Positions 1-13,242 of a stretch of DNA of 53,671 nt are shown here, piece after piece. How positions within the stretch are numbered: position 1 is the first letter of the stretch; each line of letters starts with the position of its first letter. Location of the stretch: positions 434,001 to 487,671 of the forward strand of contig JBODTK010000126.1 in the NCBI GenBank assembly GCA_050613775.1, read 5' to 3'. A model generated the notes under the pieces. That model was not told the DNA's origin. It saw only the letters and a program-made list of their open reading frames with translations, and searched no databases. The position numbers and the translations under genes are program-made. The stretch is from Neocallimastix sp. 'constans'. Taxonomy: Eukaryota.

Positions 1-298
1 AAAAAAAATCAACATTTTTTTTTTTTTTTTTTTTTTTTTTAATTCTCCCTATATTTCTTTATTAAGGATTAGGAATAAAAATTTTTATTTTTATATTAAA
101 ATATTAAAATGAATATATATATATATATATTAATTTACTTTTTTTTTTTTTTTTTTATTTTTTAATATTTTATTTTTTTTTTTTTTTTTATTTTTTAATA
201 TTTTATTTTTTTTTTTTTTTTTATTTTTTAATATTTTATTCGTTTACTTTTTTTAAACATATATATTTTATATATTAACATATATTTTATATTGGTAG

Positions 299-1429
299 AT
301 ACGACTTCAGATAGTGATGATGAAGATAAAAATTTTATATTTTATTATTTTTGTGATGATGATGATAAAATATGTGAAAAGGCATTAAAAGTATTTGAAA
401 ATGCTGGTGAAAGATTAGTAAAATTGATTAATTTTAAATATTCTGTGTATGTCTATATATATTATTATAGTTTTTGTAATCATAATCCGTCATGTCATTC
501 CACTGTTATGGGATCAGCAGCACCAAGCTTCTTTTATTCAATTAATGAGAATAGTAATGAAAATCAAAATAACGATACTACCACGAATAATAATAACGAT
601 GATGATGATATAATTATAGAAAAATTTATAAAAAGAAATTCTGGAAATAATCATATTAACAATAAAAAAAAGAGTTCAAAGAAAGATAAAAATTATCAAA
701 GCAAAGATAATGATGCTACTTCTAGTGGTAATAATAACAATAATAAAAATAAAGCTCAGAACAACATTTTAACTAATAAATCTAATAAGATTCAAATTTC
801 AAGTCATTGCAAAGGGTCTTCAAATATAACTTCAGTTTTTAATACACCATTCTTAAGTTACAAAAATAAAGGAAATTTTATTAACTCATATTCTCAATTA
901 AATACTACAAATAAGGAAGTTAATAAAGAAGTTAATCATGAACTCAATAAATCAGAATTGAAGGAATCTGTTGATTCAAAAGCTAGAGAACAAGAAGTGA
1001 TTGAAATACCTGAAGAAAATGAATTTCTTGACAGTAATTATAGTTATCCTTCAGCATTAATTAAACAGTTAACCGGATTAGAGACAGAATCCGATATTAC
1101 TGTATTATTTAATTCAGATTTTCAATGGGATTATGATGGATCTGAACAAGGAAAGAAATATAATTTAGAACAAACAGTACTTCATGAATTACTTCATGGA
1201 TTAGGATTTCTTTCTTCATGGTATAATTGGTTTAATAATAATGATGAAATCTTAATTCCAGGAGATATTACCCTTTCTCCAGAAAGTGGAGATTATGGAA
1301 TTATGGAAAAACCGTACATTTTTAATAAATATATTGTATGTAGGAATAATGAATATCTAATCTAATCTAATACATATATATTATATTATATTATATTATT
1401 TTATATTATATAATATTATATATATATAT

Positions 1430-1469
<40 letters not shown>

Positions 1470-2391
1470 TCTAAAAAGATAACTAATTATAATATTTTTA
1501 ATTATACTTTATTTTATTTATTATATTTTATTATTATTCTTATGGAATAAAAAGGCAAATAATAAAGAAAATGAGTGGATAGCTAAATATCAAAAAAAGA
1601 TTATTGATGATTTTGCTCATTTTCCGGAATATCCATTTAAATCTCACCTATATAAATATTTTAAGGAATCAGCAAGTTATGAAATAGCTAGAAAAGTATA
1701 TCAAATTATGACTACACCAGAATCTGTATCATTTTGGTGTGCAGCCCCATATAATTTAAAAAGCTCATTACAAAGAAGTGAAGAATTAATTAGACCAACT
1801 TATAAGTTTAAATATAAATCTACTACTTCTAATAAAACCGATAGTAATGATAAAATTGATAGTAATAATGAAAATAATAAAACTAAAAGTAATAATAAAG
1901 GCGATAGAATTAATAATGTTAATAGTGTATTAAATAATAGTAGTAATTCCAAAAAAAGTACTACTAATACCAAAAAAATTAAAAATAAGCGTTTTAAAAT
2001 GTATAAACCAACAAAAACAAAAAATGCTGATATTCCATTGGAAACACCAGTAATTCTAACTAATGATACTAATAATGCTAATGAGGCGTTAGATAATGAA
2101 GAAGAAGATACAGATTATCAATATTCCATTAAAAAATCTAAACTATATGTTAATTGGTTAGTTTTGTATACACCTAATAACTTTTTAACTGGTACAAGCC
2201 TTTCTCACTTTGATAGTTTAAGATATAAGAAAACAAAAAATTATTTAATGAGACCCTATATGGATGTATCCACCTCCATTGAGAGTTCTGAAAAGGAATT
2301 TAATAATTCTTATGGTATAAGTGATGACCTTTTATGTGTATTAAAAACTTTAGGCTATTCGTTATTCACGGATGAAGTTGATGAAGAATAA
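299..2391 (+). CDS. HExxH zinc-metallopeptidase-like protein, 5'-partial; exons 299-1335 and 1555-2391
   Basis: The ORF contains VLHELLHGLGF, with GTSLSHFD and an LM motif downstream. A GTATGT donor at 1336 and an AAG acceptor ending at 1554 join the two ORFs in frame. An AG acceptor at 297-298 implies earlier exons. Confidence 0.7.
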
Positions 2392-3305
2392 AAAAAAAAA
2401 ATTAAAGTAATCTATAAATATACATATTTTAAAAAATTTTTATTTAAAATATTTATTTTTTTTTTTTTATTGTTTATTATACGTATATTTAATTTTTATT
2501 ATTTTCATATTATTAATATCATTTTTATTATTATCACTGTCATTGTATTCATTATTTTTCAAGTTATTCAAATTAAATTAACAATTATTTTATATCATTT
2601 GCATCTTTATTTAATTTATTTTTTAATTTATTTTATAATTATTTTTTTTTTTATTTTTAACTATTTCTTTAAATTATTTTTATTTTTTTTTGAATTTTCA
2701 TAAAATAAATAATAGGTTATATAATTATATAAATATATATAATTAAATAAATGAATATTAATTAAAATTATAAAGATTAATATATATATATAACTAAATA
2801 TCTATATATAAATATAGAAGTAAATAAATAAATAAAAAAAGAATTAAAAAAAACAGATTTAAAATTAAATATTGAAATTTGTTTATTTATTAAATTGTTT
2901 TGTAATAATTTTTATATAATGTTTTCTATTATTAATACATTTGTATTTGATATATATTATAAATATTTATGAATTTCTAAACAAAGGCTATTGCAATTGA
3001 TTTTTTTTTGTATATCTAAAAAAAAGACATTTATTTCTTTTATTAATTTAAAATTGATATCGACAGTTGGAAACATTTTTTTGAATAAACATTCAAATTA
3101 AACTAGTAATTAACAAAATAATATATAGAAAATAAATAAAACTAAATAAATAGATATTTAATCATAATATAAAATATAATGTTAATTTATAAAATAAAAT
3201 TTTAAAATTTATTAAATATATTTATATATATAAAAATCTATTCTTCAAATTTTTAAATTTCAAATTAAACATTTATAAAAATTTTAATAATATTTATCAA
3301 TAATA

Positions 3306-3389
<84 letters not shown>

Positions 3390-3431
3390 ATATATATATA
3401 ATAAATAGTAATAATACTTGTTTTTACTAAA

Positions 3432-4263
3432 ATGAATAAACTGCAAATTTCTCCTTCAATTCAAAATTTTGGTAAAAAAGATGTAGTAACATCTTTTCAA
3501 GGAATAAATGGAAATAATTATAAATTAAATGATGAAATTCAATTTGATATTCAGCTACATCAGTATTATTTACCTTTATATTCATTAATAACAGTTAATT
3601 CATCATCTAATAATTTAATTATAAATAAAGTGGAAAATGTATTCAGAATTAATGAAAGTTTTAAGAAGCCAAAAGACAAAAGAAAAAACAAACCAAATAA
3701 ATCAAGGCTGTATGATCCAGATAGCGTAGAAATAAAAAATACTTCTTCAGAAGGTTTAAATAAACTTCCTCAAAATGAATAGAATCAAAGTGAAACAAAA
3801 TTTATTGAAATCCCTTGTTCTGAAGGTATATATAATTAATATATATTAATTTTTATTTTTATTTTTTATTTTTTATTTTTTTTAGTTTTATTAATTAAAT
3901 TTATTTTTTTTTCTGGGAAATTAACATTTAAAATAATATTTTATAATATTTAATTATTTATTAATGTTTATCTTTTTTATTACGAATATTTTTTTCTCTT
4001 CTTAATATCTTTATATACTTAATAAACTTAAAAATTGTTTAAATTCGATAAATTAATAGCTAAACCTAAAAATGCAAAAGTAAAAACGCAAAAAGTTACG
4101 GATAAAAAATGTTTTGTTTTAAAAATTGTAGCAAATGAAAATTTAGCAAAGATTTTAACTTCAAAAATTAATAAATCCAATAATGAATATTTATTTTTTA
4201 GTATTCTTTTTAGTGGACTATGATTCAAAACCAAAGGTAAAAATTATTAATAAATATTTTTAT

Positions 4264-4303
<40 letters not shown>

Positions 4304-5247
4304 GACTATTTTATCATGTATATGTTTTAATGAAGTGTTTCCAGTATGTCATGATGTTAATTTAGTTCTATTGATGAGTTATTGGTAATATATATATTTA
4401 AATATATTTAAATATTACTTTACATTTATATACAATAAATTCATTCTTTATTTATATATAAATTGGAAAATTCAATCATTTATTAGTACTGGAGTAATAT
4501 ATTTACTTTTGATTTAAATTTATAGGTTTTAATAATTATATAATCCAATATTAGGAAAATATATTAGATATAATAGAAATGGTTGTTTAAATGCCTCTTC
4601 CTGTACATCAATAAAATGAATTCCTGGAAGTGAAAATGAATTTATTGCAGCATTTAATAATGGTATTGTGATGGTATTTCATAAAGATAAGGAATATTCT
4701 GCACCATTTAATCCTCCAACGGTACCAAATAATTATAATAAATAAATATTATTATTATTATTGTTATTTTATTGTAAATTATTAAATATAATCTTTATAT
4801 GTTTTTGATATAGTGATTATTTATTTTTATTCATTTTTTTTTTTTTTTTTTTTTTTTTTGTTATTATTTATATATACATTAATTTATTATTATTATTATT
4901 ATTATTTAATTAATTAATTTTTTAAATTAATAATTAGAATAATATTAATTAATAATAAATTAAAAATATGATGTATTTTATTAATTTTTTTTTTTTTTAA
5001 AAAAAAAAAAAACATTTTAGATCTGATACAAATAACAATTTAATACTATTGTTATTATTGAATAAATTATATAATATTATTATAAACTTTTATTAGCACT
5101 TTCATTTTCAACCAGATTTTGATCATATATCAATAACATCTTTAGATGGAACATTAAAAGTTATTAAATATTTAACAAATCAGTATGTTTTTATTATATT
5201 ATTATTTTTTTTTCTCCAAATTATAATGTTAAAATAAATAATATTTT

Positions 5248-5301
<54 letters not shown>

Positions 5302-5670
5302 CTATTATTATTTAATAAATATTCAATTTAATAATAATGATAATGATAAAAATAAAATAAAAAAACGAAAAAAAAAAAATAGACTATGTGATATATATCA
5401 TAGCTATTTTGGTGGCTTGTTATGTGCGGATTGGAGTCCAGATGGTAAATTTATTGTTACTGGAGGTCAAGATGATTTAGTTTCAATATGGGCTTTTAGA
5501 GGAAATATAGTATCAAGGTGTCAAGGTCATTCATCATGGATCAATTTTATTATGTTCGATAAATATAATTTTCTTGATAGATGCTATATATTTGGAAGTA
5601 TTGGAGAAGATACTAAATTATTATTTTGGGAATTTAGTGTTAATACTATAAGAAGACCAAGAAGTGTAAC

Positions 5671-5703
<33 letters not shown>

Positions 5704-6080
5704 TAGAGCATATAGTTGAATATATTAAAGAAATAAAATTAATTAATGAATATATATATTTATTTATACTTAATCTATTTTAGATTTTCTAAAAAATTTC
5801 TTTTTTACAAAAATATTTATATTTAGAAAAAACTGTAATTTCAGTTAATCATGAAGTTTTACCAAGAAATGAAGTATCAAATGTTATGTCTTTAGTAGTA
5901 AGCTTTTTTTTTTTTTTTTTTTTGTTTTGTTTAATCCTATTGATTTCTCAATATTATTTTATAATTAGTAATTATATTATTTATTAAAACAATACTTTAT
6001 TTTCATTTAAAAAACTATTATTTGTCATCATTTGTCATCTCCATATAACATTTTTTGAAAGAATAATTACAACGGGAAAA
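3432..6080 (+). pseudogene. creC: CreC/WDR20-like WD40-repeat gene with in-frame stops and frameshifts
   Basis: Exon pieces read CHDVNL, YNPILGKYIRYNRNG...IK*IPGSENEFIAAF, SLDGTLKVI and SYFGGLLCADWSPDGKFIVTGGQDDLVSIW...QGHSSWI, which are typical WDR20/CreC motifs. There is TAG at 3780-3782 and TGA at 4617-4619 (conserved W), with frameshifts near 4205, 4537 and 5111. The 3' boundary is approximate. Confidence 0.75.
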
Positions 6081-6103
6081 TTTTTATATTAATTAATTTA
6101 TAT

Positions 6104-6723
6104 GGGGGAGGTGCATTTTAAAAAATTTTATTTCAGAAAGTTTCATTTCGGAAAATTTACATAAATAGTTTCATTTCGGAAAAGTTTCATTTCTCAAAAT
6201 TTTTTTAAAAAATTAATAAATAAATAAATTAATAATAAAACAAATAAATAATATAATTTAAATAAATAATGAAATAAATAAACATAAATAAATCAAACTA
6301 TAATAAATAAATAAATTTAAAATTTAATTTTTAAAAATAGAAAAATATATATAGAATAAATATACATTATGTAATAATAAATATTCATTAGAATTAAAGC
6401 TTTAAAAAAATAAAATATTTTATCTTACGTTTTAAACGATTTATAATATTTCAATAAATATATATAATTAATATTATTTTTTATATATAAAAAAATAAGC
6501 ATTAATAATTTAAAAGATTTAAAGGATAATTAATATAAAATATAATTATTAAAAAAATTAAAAAATAATATCTACATAGTTAATTGATCATTTTACACCT
6601 TTTAAGTCCTTGCGCAGTATTTTAAAAAATCTTAAATTAAAGATGAGGACATATTAAAAAAAGGGAGTTAAAAGTAGCACAAAGTTAGGATGATTTTAGG
6701 TAGTATCTATTTTTTTATTTTTA

Positions 6724-6755
<32 letters not shown>

Positions 6756-7832
6756 ATTTTTTATTAATAATTCCTTTTTTTCCATTTTTATTTGATTTTT
6801 TATTTTTAATTATCAATTTTTTTATTTTTTATTAATAATTATTTTTTTTTTTATTTCTATTTTATTTTTTATATTTTATTATCAATCTTTTTATTTTGTT
6901 TTTATTATTTGTTCCTTTTATTTTTATTATTTTTATTTTATTTTTTACTATTAATTATAAAACTTTTTATTTTTTATTATTATTAATAGTTTTTTTTATT
7001 AAATTTATAATAATAATAGTAAAATTTAATAATTTTATTATTATTGATAAAAAAATAATATATTTATTAATATTATAATGTTATACTAAAGTTGTAAAAT
7101 AAATTCTTTCTTTAAAACTACAACTTATAATTTTTTATAATAAAAATAAACTATTAATTTTAAATGAAATTTATTTTATAAATAATTAAACAAAAATTAT
7201 TTATTACTCAAAGAAGTTATATTATCAATAATATAACTTAAAAATATTAATTATTTATTATTTAACTTATTAATAGCACTTCATTATATTTTGACTAATT
7301 ATTTCTTATCTTCATAAAAAGTCCCCTTCTAAATGTTTATTTACATTTTCATTTTATGAATTATTAATCTTTTTAGATTAATATAATTCATAACTTAATT
7401 TAATATATTTTTAATAAAACTATATAACTAAAATATAAAATACTATATAATAAGATTTAAAGTTAAAATATTATACTAATTTATAATAATTAAAAATGTA
7501 GTATTAATATAACTTTAAAGAATATGAAAATATAATTTAATATAAATTTTCTAATACATTAATTTGATACATTTGTATTCATTTTCTTTGTTTACATTTT
7601 TTCATAAAATTTACTTAATATCTTGAAAATTCTTTATCAATTATTATTAACAAATTATTAACTATATTTTTTTTTATCCAATAAATAAAAATATAATAAA
7701 ATAAAAAAAAAAATTATTAATTATTTATACTTTATAAATTTTTTATTTATTTATTTTATTATTAATATTTCTATTTATTAAACTTTTGCGAAATGACAGA
7801 CACAAAAAATTTTGCTGAAGTGACACACACTC
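6104..7832. mobile_element. Candidate non-autonomous Mutator-like (MULE) DNA transposon
   Basis: The 9-bp direct repeat AATTTATAT flanks both ends exactly (6095-6103, 7833-7841). Termini are G...C with imperfect TIRs sharing a TCATTTCG.AAAA motif. No ORF inside. Confidence 0.5.
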
Positions 7833-8260
7833 AATTTATATATGCATAAATTAATTGACGTTCTAGTGAAAATTTATGTCAACTTTTTTATTATTATTTT
7901 AATTAAAAATTATGGGATAAAAGAATCACATAAAAATATTTAATAATAATATAATAATAGTACAATTATTTTTTTAATTAAACTTTATTTTTGATATTTT
8001 AGACTAATACAAAAAAAAAAAAAAATAAATAAAAAAAGGTTTTCACTTCATTCATCGAAATAAAGAAATAATAAAAAAAAAAAAACATATTTAGTATATT
8101 TTTGAATTTAAAAATATTAAGTAATAAATGATAATATCTATTCAAAAATATTGAGTAACAAATTAGTGTAATATTTAATCAAAAACAAAAAATTGAGTAA
8201 TAAATGATTATTAATATTTAATAAAAAAAATTGAATAACAAATGGAATAAAAAAAAAAGA

Positions 8261-8291
<31 letters not shown>

Positions 8292-9258
8292 ATAAAAAAA
8301 AAAAAAAAAAACATTTTGTTTTGAAATAAAAAACTTTTTATTAATTAATAATTAAAATTTCATTAATATATAATCCGTACAAAATTACCTTATATAGTAA
8401 ATTGTAATAAATATATAATATTATTATTTTTTAAATATACTTTAACTTCAATTTTTAATTATGAGTCACTTTATTGTTATATAATGATATAACATGGTTC
8501 TATAAAATTATATAGGGAGACATTTTATAGATTTAGTTATAATATTTTAATATTAATTTTATTTATAAACATTAATATATTTATAAATAATAAATTTTTA
8601 CAATTATTATATAAATTGTTTAAAAAAAAAAGTTAACATTATTATGAACAAGTGGAAAAAAAATAACTTTCCCCTATTGAATATGGTAATAAATCGTTTT
8701 TATTAATAAATAAAATTTAAATTCATTATTACATCAAATTTAAAATGGAAAAATGATATATTAATTAAACAATATAAAAAGTTTATTTATTAATAAAAAT
8801 AAAAAAATTTTTTGAATCATACTAACGTAATTTAATTTAAAATAATTTCATATTAAATCATTTATTATAAAATAATAAAACAATAGTTCAATTAATTAAT
8901 AATAAATAGTTATTGGAACAATTTTATTATTAAAAAAGAAGAATATATATTAAATAAAAATAATATAAAATCCTCCATATAATATTATATATTATTTCAA
9001 TTTATTTATTATTTATTATATATTAAAAAAATGAATAATATAAAAAAAAATATAATTAAAAAAATATAAAAAGAGAAATAATTCTTCCCAAATTTAAAAT
9101 TTCAAGTTATAAATAATAACTCCTTAAAAATTTTTTTTTTGGAAAGAAAAAAATTATTGTTATTGTTTTAGTTCAGGAATATATAGAATATATTGATTAT
9201 ATTATATATATTAAAAACAACGTAAAAATAAATATTTTGAAAATACAATAAAATAAAA

Positions 9259-10800
9259 ATGAAATTCTTAGCTATTCCAGTTTTACTTGAATTAGTTAGT
9301 GTAGCTTTAGCTCAATCAACAAATAAATGTATCTCCGAATTTCTCGGTTATCCATGTTGTAGTAGCAGTAATACTCCTGTTTATTACAAAGATGATGATG
9401 GTGATTGGGGTATTGATTCAGCTACTGGTGATTGGTGTGGTATTACCAAAATTAATGATGCCTCCTGTTGGTCAACTAAATTTGGTTATCCATGTTGTAA
9501 AAAGACATGTACTGCTATAGAAAAAGATAAAGATGGTTCATGGGCTATTGAAGGATCACACTGGTGTGGTATTCCAGCTAATTGTTCCGGAAATCAACCA
9601 TCTCAACCATCTCAACCATCTCAACCATCTCAACCAGCTAACGATTTCGTTGAAGACCATCGTAAACAATGCCAAATTGGTAATATTCAAACAAGTGTAA
9701 ATAACTCAAAGCTTCCAGATCCATTCAAGACTCTTAGTGGTAAACGTGTTTCTACTAAAGCTGAATGGACTTGCCGTCGTGAAGAAATCGCCGCTACATT
9801 TGAAAAGATCATGTTCGGTGAAAAGCCACGTAATCCAGATAAGGTTGAAGGAAGAAAATCTGGTAACAAGTATACCGTCACTGTTACCAACAAGGGCAAT
9901 ACTGCCTCATTTGATGTTACTATCAGTAACGCTGGTACAGCTGCTAAACCAAAGCCAGCTATTATTGGTTTAGACCAAGGTTTTGGTATGGGTGGTAGTT
10001 TAGGCGCTTCAACCAATGGTCTTGATGTTGCCTCAATTACCTTTAACACCAATAATCTTGCTCCAGAAAACAATCCAAGAAGTGGTGCCTTCTTTAAGGC
10101 TAACCCAAGTAGTAATGCCGGTACCATTATGGCTTGGGCCTGGGGTGTTAGTCGTTTAATTGATGCCCTTGAGAAGGATTCAAGTGTTGGTATTGATGTT
10201 AAACACCTTGCTGTTACTGGTTGTTCACGTTTAGGTAAGGCTGCTCTTGCCATTGGTGCTTTTGATGAACGTATTGCTCTAACTATTCCACAAGAATCCG
10301 GTTCTGGTGGTGCTTCTCTTTGGCGTGTTGGTGCCCAAGTCAACAGACAAAAGGGTAAACAATTCGTTCAAGGTTTAGGTAGTGCTGCTACTGAAGGTAA
10401 CTGGATGATTAGTTCTTTCAGAAATTATGATGGTAGAGAAACCACTCTTCCATTCGATCAACACATGCTTACTGGTATGGTAGCTCCTCGTGCCCTTTTA
10501 ATTATTGATAATGCCGGTCAAGAATGGCTTGGTGAAGTTCCATCTAACTACTGTGGTCAAGCTACTAAGGAAATATTTGATGCTCTTGGTGCTACTGATA
10601 AATACACTTACACTCAAGAAGGTGGTCACATGCACTGTTCATTACCAAACGGACAATTCGATGAAGTCAAGGACTTTGTAAATAAGTTCCTTTTAGGTAA
10701 GGATGCTAAGACTGGTAAGATTGATTACTCTAAGAACACTCAACCAATTAACTTTAGCAAGAGTGAATGGATTGACTGGACCACTCCTCGCTTAGCTTAA
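9259..10800 (+). CDS. Secreted CE15 4-O-methyl-glucuronoyl methylesterase with two N-terminal fungal dockerin (CBM10-like NCDD) domains
   Basis: A signal peptide precedes two Cys-rich GYPCC...W(G/A)I...WCGI modules and a QPS linker. The CE15 nucleophile motif GCSRLGK, the PQESG acid and a C-terminal His region follow. The gene is intronless and GC-richer than its flanks. Confidence 0.93.
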   Translation: MKFLAIPVLLELVSVALAQSTNKCISEFLGYPCCSSSNTPVYYKDDDGDWGIDSATGDWCGITKINDASCWSTKFGYPCCKKTCTAIEKDKDGSWAIEGSHWCGIPANCSGNQPSQPSQPSQPSQPANDFVEDHRKQCQIGNIQTSVNNSKLPDPFKTLSGKRVSTKAEWTCRREEIAATFEKIMFGEKPRNPDKVEGRKSGNKYTVTVTNKGNTASFDVTISNAGTAAKPKPAIIGLDQGFGMGGSLGASTNGLDVASITFNTNNLAPENNPRSGAFFKANPSSNAGTIMAWAWGVSRLIDALEKDSSVGIDVKHLAVTGCSRLGKAALAIGAFDERIALTIPQESGSGGASLWRVGAQVNRQKGKQFVQGLGSAATEGNWMISSFRNYDGRETTLPFDQHMLTGMVAPRALLIIDNAGQEWLGEVPSNYCGQATKEIFDALGATDKYTYTQEGGHMHCSLPNGQFDEVKDFVNKFLLGKDAKTGKIDYSKNTQPINFSKSEWIDWTTPRLA

Positions 10801-12571
10801 GTTTTTATTTTTAATTATAGTTTAAAAATAAAAAAGTTGACGTTTTATTAAATTTTCATTTCCTTTAAAAAAAAATTAAATAAAAAATAAATAAAAATTT
10901 ATATAAATAATAAAATAAATGTAGTAAAAAATTAAAAAATATATTTATAAAAATATTTATTATAAATTATTTATATATAATTTATAATAAAGGATAAAAT
11001 TGAACTAAAAGATAAAAAGAAGTAGTATGTATATACAAAAATTGAAAAAGTTATAAAAGTAAAAAAGTAAATAAATAAAAAAAGTAAAATTAAATAAAAA
11101 TTCTGTATTTAGTTATGTGTATAGTAAAGGGATTATTTTTTTTGTTGTTGTTTGAGTTTAAAATATTAATATATATATTAAAAAACTAAAAACTTTTGGA
11201 ATATTTAAATGAACATTTAGAATAATATATATTTAATCTTTCCATTTTTATGTTTAATTTAAAGATAAAATAAAAATGTGGTAAATTTAATAATATTTTA
11301 TTTTTAATAGGTGTGAAAATTTTGGGGTTCCTTTGGACGATTTTCGATATTTTGGTGGATTATTTGCAAATGATATTGTTCTTTATTCACTTCAAGGAGA
11401 AAGTTATAATCAATTGAAAAGAGTTATAATGATTGGGCTAAAAGCATATGATGAAAATAAATTGGAAGATACTAGAGACTACCTAAAACTATGTTATGAG
11501 TATCCAGAGTATTATCCAACGATGGAACCTAAGCTGTATGGTTTCTGAGGGGATCAGCAAATAGTATAATAATAAAATCTTAATTATTTTTCAAATTTAT
11601 ATGCAATCTCAATCTTTTTATATAAATCATAACTGTTCCCCGAGCAGGGGTGTACTCGATTTATATATAATAAATCGCCTGCAAGGGGATTAAACTTTAC
11701 TCTTATAAAGTAGATCCACAGTACTGGTGCAAAATAGTAGTAAAGTTATATTTTGTGTTAATAACATTATGCGCAATGGTAATGTTATTGGTAAAATTTT
11801 TCTGGTGATCATTCACTGCTGAATATAATGATTTTTGGAACATTGTTAAATAAGTTACACCCAAGAATAAGTAATACATTTTCATTGTATTTTTATTATC
11901 ATGTAGTATTACTATTCTCATGTAAGAATCTATTGTATTCAATTGTATTTCAACTATATATTTCATGTATCACGTTGTAAGAGATTGATTCACTCTAAAT
12001 CTTGTAGTAATTTATTTAACTCTTTACTAATTTTGTTCCATTATATTTCATCAATTCAATCTTAGTCATTAAATACTTTATGATATTCAAATTTAATAAT
12101 ATACTGAAAAAAGTGCTAAATCAAAATTTTTTTTTCAATCATTCAACAAACTACTAATTATCGAAATTATTTACTCCAAAAAGATATAAAATTATTGCAA
12201 TTCTCATTATACTCAAGACTTTATAATAAAAACTGACTTTTATTTTTATTTTTTTTAGTTTATTATAATTTTTAGTTTTTTATTACTATTATGGAAATCC
12301 AATATATAAGAAATAAGAAATTCATTCTAAGAGGTTTAAGGTGCCACTGTATTCCAATGGAGAATACGAAATTACTCTTTATCCGCGGAATTCGATTTTG
12401 GCCTGAAATCAAAATGAGAAGACATTTAAGGAAAACTCTGAAAGAATTAAATATTAAGGTTTTATCGGTTAAACGTATTGCTAATTTTAACGATGAATTC
12501 TTTAAAATTAAAATAGTAGGTAATGAAGAAGAAATAACATCTATTACTGAATGTATTGTTAATAGTTTTAA

Positions 12572-13242
12572 CTTAGGAAGATTAGAGCGTTTAATCCTCT
12601 TTCTTCCTATGACTCTATTTCTAATTTTGAAGATTATATCAATCATTATATATACTTGTTCCTTCTTGGTGGGACTTTAGTTTTAAATGAGCTACATTTC
12701 GATAGTGGGGAACAGAGACAATTAAATGAACTACTTTTCAAAGGTTCATCTGAGTCACCTGTTCCAAAAATTGTGGGCTTGGCGGAATTCTTAACAAGTG
12801 CAATACCTATCATTAGTAGTTCGTTTGAGCTATTATTTGATAGGTATTGCAAAATACCAAACTTATCCAAGAGCGTCGACGTCGTACTGATAAGGCATAA
12901 TGATAATACAGGATCGTCATCTATTTCTACGAAGGATGAATCTTGTCCTAGTAGTTCAATAAATGATGAATCCGGGGAGAGTTTAGTGGACACCACACTA
13001 TCTATTTTAAAGATGTTACTTCTAGGTTTTATTTCTTTTTTATTTGTTAGGAAGGGAAAAATTCCACATAGTACAACATGCCGAAATACATAGTATTTTC
13101 GAGCTTTTTTATTTTTTTATTTTTTAATTTTTTATTTTTAATTTCTAATGTACTTTTCACCTACATGTATTTTTTAAAATAAAATTTAATAAAGTTTTGG
13201 AAGTGTATTCTCTTCCCTGTCTAAAAAAAAAAAAAAAAAAAA
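12572..13242 (+). mobile_element. 5'-truncated copy of the same LINE family (element C) inserted into element B
   Basis: TSD GTTAATAGTTTTAA at 12558-12571 and 13243-13256. The C-terminal frame 12572-13093 is open. The 3' end 12956-13222 is near-identical to 16823-17094 and finishes CCCTGTCT-poly(A). Confidence 0.9.

Noticed and set aside
3780..4619. Stop-codon reassignment or readthrough in the WD40 gene
   Set aside because: Frameshifts co-occur with the stops, and other genes use the standard code (TGG for Trp, TGA as stop).
9687..10343. 218-aa antisense ORF over CE15
   Set aside because: It is a shadow of strong codon bias in the sense gene and has no motifs.
11514..11560. SAM-I or c-di-GMP-II riboswitch, snoRNA or hammerhead
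   Set aside because: Only the generic k-turn/pseudoknot is shared, and ligand-pocket or catalytic-core consensus nucleotides are not evident.
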